From positions 5,270,001-5,334,000 of the forward strand of contig CATNEN010000038.1 in assembly GCA_950097015.1 (NCBI GenBank): DNA of 64,000 nt. Reading direction: 5' to 3'. The number at the start of each line of letters is the position of its first letter. Positions within the stretch are counted from its first letter, which is position 1. Of this stretch, positions 15,001-25,724 are shown in pieces. Origin of the DNA: Macrostomum hystrix. Taxonomy: Eukaryota; Animalia; Platyhelminthes. Made by a program: the position numbers and the translations under genes. Under the pieces are notes generated by a model. It did no database searches and was not told the DNA's origin. It was given only the letters and a program-made list of their open reading frames with translations.

Positions 15001-18000
15001 ACAACCAGAGAGCGCGAATTACTAGCGTTGCATTTCGACCAGTTCATGCTGGCAGTGGATGTAAATTCCGTCTTTGGTATCACATGTTTGGAAATCACAT
15101 CGAGTCTCTTGCTGTTTACATGCGCACCAGCAAGGCAGTTGATAAAATCTGGGAGCGACGCGGAAATCAGGCTGACGAGTGGGCTCGAGCAGTCATTGAG
15201 CTTACGTCGTCAGATTTCTTCCAGATTGTGATAGAGGCCAAACGGGGGTTAGACTATCAGGGAGATATCGCTATTGATGACCTATCGTTTACATCCTCGT
15301 GTATAGTTGCTCAAGGAGTCACTCTTATGAGTCCAGATCCAACATTAACAAAGCTCACGACTACAATGGTCACATGCCCAGAAGGTTTTAAGGCTTGCAA
15401 AGATGGAAGGCAGTGCATAGCATCAACGTACTTTTGTAATTTCCGCTACGACTGTTACGACCTTTCTGACGAAGAAGATTGTCCACAGACCTGTGATTAT
15501 GAGGATCAGACATTCTGCAAGTGGACTAACGATCCAACTGCCGACTTTGAGTGGCAAAATCGAAACGGTGGCAACGCATCTGCCTTTACGGGACCGTCAA
15601 GAGATCACACAAAGAATTCACCTCTAGGACGTTTCGCAGCAATTCTGTCCAAGGAGCAGAACTTGCGAGCTAGGGCGAGACTCGTCAGCCCGAAGTTCTC
15701 GCAGGCAGGATTGCAATGCCGGTTTGGATTCTTCTACCACATGTTCGGACGGAATATGGGCACTTTTAAGATCTACTATAAGGAAGATGGCAAAGTGAAG
15801 AAGGAAATATTCAGCAAGAGTGACAACCAGGGAGATCAATGGGTTGAGGGATACGCTTATCCACCCGCATGCGCCAAGAATTTCCAACTGGAATTGGAGG
15901 CAACTAAGATTCTAGGCTTCTACGGGGACATTGCTGTTGATGATATCCGGTTCGACCACTGCGAATATCCATTGCCTCCAAGGCTGTGCAATGAATTCAA
16001 GTGCCAGCGCTCGGGTCACTGCGTTGAAAATAAGTTTTTGTGCGACTTTGAAACCGACTGCTGCGAAGACGGTACCGATGAGCTTGGTTGTGATCAGTAC
16101 TTAAGATGCGATTTTGAGACTCTGGACTACGGCGGCTGGATTTTGCAGGACGTCGAGATCGGCTGGAAGCGAAACAGTGGCTCAACTGGGTCTCAAACTT
16201 CTGGACCTACACACGACCACACTTACGGCAATCAAACAGGAAATTATATGTACATTGACTCCCTATTCTCGAGCAATGCCAATATGAATGACAGAGCGTG
16301 GCTTGTTTACTACCTAGACAAGGCAACCGATGCAGCCAGCTGCGGTCTGCGCCTTTGGTACCACATGCGGGGAGACGATGTTGGCAGGTTGAATATTTAC
16401 AGTCAGAGATACCAAGGCGATTCGTTTAAACTGCTCTGGTCAGACTCAAAGAACTACGGAGACGCCTGGCAGAGGAAGTACATCGAAATTAACAACGACT
16501 TCCCGGTCAAGATAATTATTGAAGGCGTCGTTGGAACTGTGTCAAAAAGTGACATTGCTATTGATGACCTGTCCTTCACGCCGGGTTGCAAGCGCAGTCA
16601 GACTCCAACTTTACCCACCGTGCCGCCGACGCAAGGACCCAACAGCGATGTTCCCCAGAGTTGTAATTTCGAACAGAACGACTGTGGTTTTCGGGAGTTC
16701 CCCGTCGATACTTTCGATTGGATAAGATCACGCGGAAGTGAAACAGGCAATCTTAGACGACAAGCACCTGGCCAAGACGCCAACACTGCGTCAGGCAGCG
16801 GCTACTATTTATTCATTAGAAATACTGGAAGTGAAAACACTTACAACCGATTCGCACACACTTTCTCTCCGGTCTATCGGACCAGCAAGTCAGACTGTTA
16901 TTTGAGATTGGCCTATTACTTCACAGGCCCCGTTCCCGGAAGACTGGACTTGTATCAGGTAGATTTAAGAACAAATCTTAGCAGCAGAATTTGGTATGTC
17001 CAGTCCAATACTGGCGAACAATGGACCTACGCGAAAATAGGCCTCGGAGCCAGGAACTATCCGTTCCAACTGTCATTCCAGAGGTTTACTTCCTTCTATT
17101 ATGACGGAATTGTAGCCATTGACGATCTGACATTCATTGACTGCAGCTATCCACCAAAGGCTGATGAGTGTGACCAATTCTGGTGCACTAGCACTCAGGC
17201 GTGTATTCCGAAAGAGTTCACCTGCGATATGAAAGACGACTGTGGCGACAGTTCAGACGAAAGCCCAGCCATCTGTACAGGATACGCGCAGCACTCGTTT
17301 GAGTACGGTTTGGACGGATGGATGCAAGACTCGTCCGGGATGACTACTGGACAATGGGAACGGAGAAAAGGTATTGCGTCAAATAGTGAGAGCGGACCAT
17401 CGTTTGATCACACACTTGGCACACCTGACGGAAACTACGTCCTCCTCTCCTCTAGTACAAACCCTTACGGGACAAACGCTTGGCTGATAAGCAGGAACTT
17501 CAAAGCGCCTAGTATCAGAAATGAGCCTTGTGTGATGCGAATTTACTTTTTCCTTTACGGACGCTACAAGCCAAAGATCAACGTGTACACCAGGGCTTAC
17601 TCAAACGGCCCACCAACGAGGCTCTACTTCACACAGACCGGAGATCAAGGCGATGTCTGGCTTCGACAGGCGATTGTTTTAGACAGAGAAACCACCGATT
17701 TTCAAGTGATCATTGAGGGAGTGACCAGCGATCGATATCTGTCGGATGTTGCCTTTGATGACGTCATATTTACTCCGCAGTGCACAACTACAGATCAGGA
17801 GCTTCCCGTGAACCCGCTCACCCTGCCTCCCGCAACCGTTCCACCGACCGGCGCACCTCACACGTGCGTCCCAGGACTGCAGTTTGCCTGCAAGAAGGAC
17901 GGCAGATGCATCGATAAAGTTCAGGTTTGCGATTTCCGTATCGACTGCATTGACGGTTCAGACGAGGAGAACTGTGTCTCGGCCATTTGCACTTTCGAGT

Positions 18001-21000
18001 CGACCAATCCTTGGTGCGGATGGTCGGCCACTGGTGATACGAAGAATATGAGCAGCTTCATGTTCCTCCGGGACACTGGCGCCAACAGCCCCGACTACAA
18101 GGAGCGCCCCAAAGTGGACCATACCACCGGCACCTCAGGCGGCTACTACGTCTACGCCGACAGTTCCCGAGGCAAACTGCACGATCTAGCTCAGTTAACC
18201 TCGCCAGCCATCTCTCTGACAGGCCCACAGTGTGCGCTCTCCTTCTGGTACTACATGGACGGATACTCCATAGCTACACTGCAAGTGCTCAGACAGTTCT
18301 ATGACCCTAGTGGATCGCAGATATCTGAGCCTATGCTCCAGCTATGGCAGCAGTCAGGCTCTCAGGGTGATCGGTGGAACTTGGCGCGTCTCTTCCTGGG
18401 ACCCATCACCAGTTCACGAATCCTCTTCCAGGCGAAGAAAAACTACAACGGTGTGCATGGAGACATTGCTATGGACGATGTCACGTTTGAGAATTGCGCA
18501 CCGAAGCGGCCATCAGGAGGCACCTGTATTGGCGGTGAATACCTCTGTAATAACATGGTTTGCATTGGCAATGCTCTGCTTTGTGATTATGCCGACAACT
18601 GTGGCGACAGGTCGGACGAAAGTGTGAGTGTAACTTTACTTGTTTGCTATTTTTTGTCAGTCTGTGAAGTTCAAACTCTTACAATCGAACTTTTATAAAT
18701 CATTCTTTTAGAGCACGAAATGCTCAGCCTATGTTGGACGTTGCGACTTTGAGTCTGTCGGAATCTGCCCCATCGACTGGAAGCAGGACAAAGATGATGA
18801 ATTCGACTGGCAGTTGACTCAAGGAGCTACCAGCACGCCAACGACTGGGCCAATGGTGGACCACACGACTCTCACTGCTGAGGGTCACTACATGTACATC
18901 GAAACCAGCGCACCGCAGAATCCGGGGTGGAAAGCTCGGCTGAGCTCTTTCGTCGTTCAAGGCATTTCAACTGACTGCTCTCTGCGATTCTTCTATCACA
19001 TGCTTGGTGACGACGTCGGAGAACTAAACGTGTACCTGCGTCACAGCTACAACACGGAGTTGACCCGAATCTGGCACGAAGTGGGTCAGAAAGGAGATTG
19101 GTGGCTCCGTGCTGAAATTAACCTGAGTCAGCTTAATAGCGTAACCCGATCTGACTTTGAGATCGTTTTCGAAGGTGTGGTCGGTGGATGGCTCGGTGAT
19201 GTAGCAGTGGACGACATCTCCATGACGCCCGGCTGTCTGCGATCGCCAAATCAGCAATTGCCGGGTGCTCGCTCCACCGTGGCGCCGACATCTGGTCCGT
19301 GCGGCTCAGGCAGGTATTCTTGCGACTCCAGGCGTTGCTACTCCAGTGAGCAGATGTGCGACTTTAACTTCTACTGCCGTGATCGGGCTGATGAGCTACC
19401 CTGCGGCACCGACTGCGACTTTGAGATTGATGGCGCATGCGGATGGCACAATAGCACAGGGGCCAGCAGCCTTTGGGTTGTTCGCAAAGCTGGTGGCTGG
19501 GGTTTCCCATCAGTGGACCACACAACCAATGGAGCCAACGGATCTTTTATCAGTTTTTTGCCGAACAGTGTAGAGCAGAAGGACAAGATTAAGGCTCATT
19601 TGCAAACCTTGACCTACAAGCATTCATCCGCCATCTGCCAGCTCAGTCTGTGGTATTATATGAGCGAAAATAACGTCGGCACATTGAGCGTCAGGGTGAA
19701 ATCTGAACACGGTTTAGAGGACAAGCCACGATTCTCCGTAAGCGGACCGCAAGGCAATTTCTGGAAAAATAAAAAAATTGATGTAGGACCCTTGGCCGAG
19801 TTTAGCATCGTCATCGAGGCCTTGCACAGCGGCCTGAGCACTAGTGGAGCCATTTCTTTGGACGATTTGCAATTCGTCAACTGCGAGCCCAAGGACGTCA
19901 TTCCCTACTGCGCCGCTAACAATGCGCTGTGCAAAAATAGACGCCAGTGCGTGGACAAGAAAAACGTCTGCGATGGCATCGAACACTGCTCTGACGGCAG
20001 CGACGAGTCCAACTGTCCCAGCGTTGTCGGCGATTGCTCCTTCGACCAAGAGGACTGGGGCGGCAAGTGCGGCTACCTGGAACTGCTCAATTCCACAGCA
20101 GATTGCCCATTTCGACAGGCTTCTACTGTGTCAGACGAACAGTCCGGCCCGGCCACAGACCATTCGGGCAGCGGCCAGTTCATATTCAACTCAGACCGCG
20201 CTGCCTGCACCCGAGCTGGCGACTTGGCCGCGGTGCAGACACCTCAGATGCCTCCGACACCGGCCGACCGTTACTGCTGGCTGCGATTCTGGTATTACAT
20301 GTGGGACAAGGAAGTCTCGGTTGGTAATGCGGACAGCATGGGCGGTCTTTCTGTCTACATCGATTACTTGGCCGTGAACTCGCGAGGGCGCCACCTTTTG
20401 TGGCGACGCGTCGGCAACCAGGGCGGCGGACCAGTTCGGACAGGCTGGCAGAAGGCTGAGCAACGACTCGATGGCATTCCAGCCGAATACACCATCGTAT
20501 TTGAGGCCGCCAGAGGCGGCGGGCCGCGGACCGTCATCGCCATCGATGATATTAGCTTCACGCCCAGCTGCCGACAAGCGTCACCAGGCGACAACGGTAC
20601 CTTGGTTTGCGCTTCTCCCGATGAATTGGCCTGCGGCGACTCGCTGAGCTGCTACCACAGAAGGTGGCGATGCGATGGTCAAGCGGATTGCGCGGACGGC
20701 TCCGACGAGCTCGGCTGCCCGACTGAGAAGCCGCAGATCGGTGAAGGCAGCAGCAATAAAATCGGTGTCATTGTCGGCAGTGTCGTTGGAGGAATCGCGC
20801 TAATTGCTAGTCTCTTGGGTGTATTTTTTATCTACAAAAGACGACCGGCTGTGTAAGTTGCTCATTTCGCACATTTTTTGTACGAGAGTATAAATGATAA
20901 ATTGCATTTCATTTTATTACTTTTAGTCCTTGGAATCGATTTAGAGATGAGCGAAGTGGCACTGTGGCAAACAATCCGCTATACGACCTGGATGCTGAGG

Positions 21001-21209
21001 AAATTGTAAGTGGCTAATATTATATTTTCATTCAACATTCGAGATACGTCTAACACATGTGATAAATAATTGAGGAGCAAAACGTTTACAATCTGAACAA
21101 AACGTGGCTTATTGTGATATTAAAAAAATACTCAAAATGTTCGAATCGGCATTCGCCATTCCAGGTCTCTGGTGGATCATTCGAGCTTCAGATTCAAAGT
21201 GACACGTAA
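1..21209 (+). CDS. Giant MAM and LDL-receptor class A domain-containing single-pass membrane protein (MALRD1/MAMDC4-like), 5'-partial, at least 6,840 aa
   Basis: The frame is open from base 2. Exons: <2-5762, 5878-6150, 6231-8999, 9086-9275, 9359-18623, 18712-20852, 20927-21005, 21165-21209. All introns are GT-AG and phase-consistent; total 20,523 nt, divisible by 3. Repeated MAM motifs (CDFE..C.W, GP..DHT.G...G.Y, C..FWYHMYG, GDIAIDD) and LDLa motifs (FxC..G.CI....VCD...DC.DGSDE). TM segment [25 protein letters not shown] followed by KRR. Cytoplasmic tail [41 protein letters not shown]. Confidence 0.93.
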
Positions 21210-21478
21210 TGATTGAGCGACAAAGCAAAGCAGCAGCAGAGGGTGGCAATCTACATGTAAATGTGAATTAACGTTTTGTTTCACGGCCTCACTCCAAATA
21301 CGTCTATTGTTGAATCACTAAAATTTCATGATGATGTGCTTGCTTGTATACTTTAAGCTTGTTTTTCTCTTACCCAACCCAAAATTTATAACTCATCGAC
21401 TTATTCCTTGATTCGGACAATTAATTACTGTGCCTAATGTGATAATCAAGCACTGCAAGAAATCTACTTCTCTATATT

Positions 21479-21484
21479 AATAAA
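21479..21484 (+). promoter_or_regulatory. Candidate polyadenylation signal (AATAAA) of the MAM/LDLa gene
   Basis: AATAAA about 270 nt after the TAA stop at 21207-21209. Confidence 0.45.
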
Positions 21485-22710
21485 AAATCGTTTGTACGAG
21501 CTCGTAGTTTTAAGTTGTACGCGTAAATTAGTGGTCACATACATAGCTATAAGTTATAGGGTCACAAGTATAATTAAGTTAGGCTAAGAAGTGCTAAACT
21601 TAATGCGAAAAAAAACAATTGACATTAAACATTGGTAATTTTTATTGTTTTTTTCGTACAAAAGCAAATAGATGTTCGAAGCGAATACCATGTACCTGTA
21701 GTAATGTACATTGAAGCTGTGGCTTTAACATGTATACATTAAGAAGCAGCAGAGTCGAAATTATCACATACGAGCTATTTTGCTCGATCGTGCTCTAAAT
21801 ATAAAAGATTTCATTTTATATCCGCTATAATATCATATTTGATAACTTCGTTTTCATTCAATCTTCATTTCATACAAGGTGTTGTTGTTGTTATTAAGTT
21901 TGGCGTAAAACACAGGGTTTTTACGCCCTGCTCCCCGCGCATCAGCCGAAGAGCTCTTACGCTACATTGATATATTTTAAATATGGAATTATGAGCAATA
22001 CATATTACTTGTTTGGAAATTATTATAAAAAGTAGCGAGTTTAGGTTATAGAGTTTGGTTCTTTAGTGTTTGTAGTAGTCTTTTAGGCATTCACATAAGT
22101 AGTAGTATACATGCATGAGTAAGTAAAACAATAAGGTACAACTCTATAATAAAACTAATTAAAACAAAGTGTGGGAAAACACCTCAGTGCGCGGGTTATC
22201 ACAAAGTTAAATCTATTGGTTGGTTGGTAGTCTTAATGATTTTGATATGATTGATAGTTCGAGAGTGTCATTTTACGTACGAAGGTCTGAGTTGTGAAAA
22301 ACGCACACCAAAAACCCCCGCCTGCACAGGACCTTGAATTCAATTATTGTAATTTTGGAGTTAAATATTAAATTTAGGAACATGCTGGGTCTACTATGAG
22401 TAGAGTGCTGAGTTTTTTGTCATCTAATTTCACCACTGCACCACTATATAGGGGGTGAGAGTTGTCCAGTCTAAATAATATAGCAAGGGTTGACGGTGTG
22501 CCTATAAAAGTGAGTTGGGTCTGACTTTACCATTTGCTTTTGAGCTGACCCAGATGGCTTTTCAGTCTAGTATTCTTGTTTCAGCATGTCCCTGGTTAGT
22601 TTTGCATAAGCCAATTAGATGCATAGACAATGTCAATTTACTAAGTAGCATACAAGTAGTAAGCAATGCATTTATTTATCCAGACCATCTGGGCTTATGA
22701 GTTTTCCTCT

Positions 22711-25530
22711 CTATTTATTGCTAATTTTATTTAGTTGTTGGAACAGGGGTACTCTAGTTCTTTTTGCTAGCGAGATGTCTGTGACACTATCTAGTCCATG
22801 AATTTTATTAGCACTAGCCCGCAGGAACCACCTACTGGCTAGATCATCAATTCTTGTCTTGATTGGATTGACTTTTGAAAGTCTTTGTAGAAAGGCAGCT
22901 TTGCAGTATTTGGGTGCATCGTGGCAGTGACGCAGAGCGCGATTTTGTATAATTTGCAGTCTATCCACATGGTACTTGCCTAGTAAGGTGAGGATAGGTG
23001 AGGCATAGGTGATGATGCTTTCGATGTAGGCTCTGTAGATGGCAATGAGTGAACTGTTTGTGGCCATGGTGAGTTGTGCTACTCGAAGTAGCTGCAGAAC
23101 TCTTTGGTCGCAGATTTTCAGAGTGTTGAAGCAGTGAGCAGAGTGTGAGTTGAGGATCAAGAGTGACACCGAGGAATTTGACGTTCGGTTGATAGTTGAT
23201 GATGGCTCCGTTGAAGGTGATGGGTGGAGGCTGACCAAAGTTCTTGGTTTTGTGGATGAAGGCGATGGCTTTGCTCTCGTTTGGGTTGACTTTGATGCCG
23301 TATTTGCTTAACCATTTGTGGTATTCTTCTATGAAATCCTGTATGAATTTGCCAGCTACACTAGCCTTGAGTGACTGACACCAAATTGATGTGTCATCGG
23401 CAAATTGATTGGCTCTGACCCTGATGTCTTTGGGTTTGGGCATTGTGGCAACCACAATGAGGAAGAGGATGGGGCTGAGAACTCCACCTTGAGGAACACC
23501 AGCCTCGGGCGTGAAGTAGTCACTAAGTTGACCGTTTACTCTAACGTCTATTTCTCGGTCTGACATGTAGTTGGAAAAGATCCTGGTTAATCTGATAGGT
23601 AGTTTGATTTTGTGGAGTCTATATCGCAGTGCGTCATGCCAGATTTTATCGAAAGCTCCTTCCACATCAAAGAAAAACTCCGATAGTAGATATGTTTTTG
23701 GTTTTTCCTTCCATTATGTCGTGTACTAGTCGGGCTAAGTTGTCATACGAGCAATGTTTCTCTTTATAGGCACATTGGTTTTGTCCAAGTGTGTTATTTT
23801 CTTCTAGGAATTTGTATAGCCGCTTTTTCAGTATTTTTTCAAACACTTTTCCTATACAGGAAGTGAGGCTGATGGGTCTGTAGCTAAGCGGGTCTCTTCT
23901 AGGTTTGTTTGGCTTGTAGAGCATTGTGGTGTGGACTTTTTTCCAGGCTTTTGGGAAGTAGCCTAGTTTTAGACAGTTGTCTAAGATTTTGGTGAGCACA
24001 ATGATGGACGATGGGCTGAGACCTTTCTTGAGGATGATGTTGGGAATACCATCGGGGCCCGGGGCTCCTCCCGACCTAAGGTGGGCAAGTTCCCAGGTGA
24101 CATCTGCGATTCGGATCGGTTCTGTGAGGTAGGTATTGGTTACCTCGGACTGAATTTGGTTTGGGTGTGGGTTGTTTAGCGGCTGGAAGTTGGTATTATT
24201 GCTAGTGATAGAGGCCACTTTGTTTCTGAATCTTCTGGAGGTACTTGGTTCTGGCCTCATTTTATCACTAAGCGATTTGGCTAGTAGGTTAGCTTTGTCA
24301 TGGTCCGTGATGGCAGTAGCATTATTATAGACTAGATTTGGAAATTTAGTTGGTTGCCTTTGGGTACCCATAATAATCCGGATGTCTCTCCAGAATTTGA
24401 AGTTGTTGAATTTGAGACTGGCTTGTGTGATTTTGGTGCAGAGGTTGTTGAATTTGTTAACTCTGTATTGTTGGATTTCTTTCCTGATCTGAGATGCAAG
24501 TCCGTTGGCTGAGACTCTGAATTTATCTATCCTTGTTTGGTGGTACATCTTCCTGAGCCTACGCCTATTCCTGATGAGTTGAATGATGTGCTGAGGTAGT
24601 TCTTCCCTGCCATTGAAGTTTGGCACTACCTTGTCTATGGTGAGCTTGAGGACGTCGGAGAATGTGTCGATGGCTTCGTCGATCTCGTGTGTAGTTCTCG
24701 GGTTGAAGTCGTTGTTCCATAGCGTTGTGATGTTGTCTTCTAATTCTATGTGAAATTTTTCCCAGTCTGTTTTGTTGTAGCATTTAGGTGCACCCAGAGG
24801 CTTTTTGTTCCTAGGTTTGATTGAGATTTTGACTAGTTGAGGGAGATGGTCACTGTTGAGGTCATCGATTACTTCGAAATGCCTGATGAATGGAGCGAGG
24901 TTTGCTGATGAATGGAGCGAGGTTTACTGTGCATATGCCTAGGTCGAGCACATTACCTAGATGTTTATCAGCTCTTTTTGCGTAGCGCGTGTACTGCCCT
25001 GGTTCGTTGAGAAGAACGGGAGGTGAATCGGAGTCGGTGAACCATTGGCAGGGTTGCCTTCCGGTGTGATTCTCTGGGCTTTCGCCCTGAAGTGCTGCCA
25101 TTCTGCAGTTGAGGTCGCCGAGTATCAGACTGTGGGTTGATGAGAGAAGTGAGTGAAGAAGATTGGTGTTGAGAGTCTCCGGAAGTGGTGCCCTGTAGAA
25201 GAGAGAAATGCTGAGATGCTGAAGCTCGTTTCAGTTGCCGTTTGTGTTGATGGTGATAGAGATATATTCATTATTGGTGCCGTCGTAGTGCGCACTGACA
25301 GTGCTGACTTTGATGAATTCTCGGTGAGCGATGAGTAGACCTCGTCTACATTGAGGAATGTCTAGTCTCATGGTGGAGTAGCCGGGAAAGTTGACGTTGT
25401 CGGGTTCTCTAAGAGTCGTCTAAGAGTGGAGTGCTATATCTATGTTGTGATTTCTCATATAGTCTCTAAGTTCCCAGATTTGTTCCAGATGCTGTTGCAG
25501 TTGAGATGTAAAATAGTTAGTTCGTTTTCA
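22711..25530 (-). pseudogene. LINE ORF2: apurinic-type endonuclease plus reverse transcriptase, frameshifted
   Basis: APE motifs ELTILHLNCNSI (~25490-25525), HSLILGDLNCR (~25100-25135), GNVLDLGIC and DLNSDHLP (~24840-24865). RT motifs APGPDGI, YRPISLTSCIGKVFEKIL, GVFL/DVEGAFDKIWH, GVPQGGVLSPILF, QFADD, VKFLGVTLD, IQNRALR. Broken by several frameshifts, including a 22-bp tandem duplication at 24883/24905. No RNase H domain recognised. Confidence 0.92.
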
Positions 25531-25724
25531 TTGAATTTAGAGCTACTGCCTTTCACGGTTGGTTTTTTCCTTATGAGAAACACTGTTCGTGTCAGTACTT
25601 TTAGAGTTAGTTAGCTTTCTAGTTTCATTTCCCTGTTCAATCCTAGATTTCAGTTTCAGCCCAGATGTTGGTTGCAGACTGGTTGGTTGCAGGTTTGGTT
25701 GCAGACATGTTAATGTGAATAAAT

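Noticed and set aside
365-20594. Numerous short antisense and alternate-frame ORFs over the MAM gene
   Set aside because: Expected shadows of a long coding sequence, with no recognisable motifs.
158-20856. ORFs 158-5806, 6242-9088, 9255-18698 and 18814-20856 as separate genes
   Set aside because: They join through short phase-consistent GT-AG introns, some splitting a MAM domain, and only one TM and tail exist.
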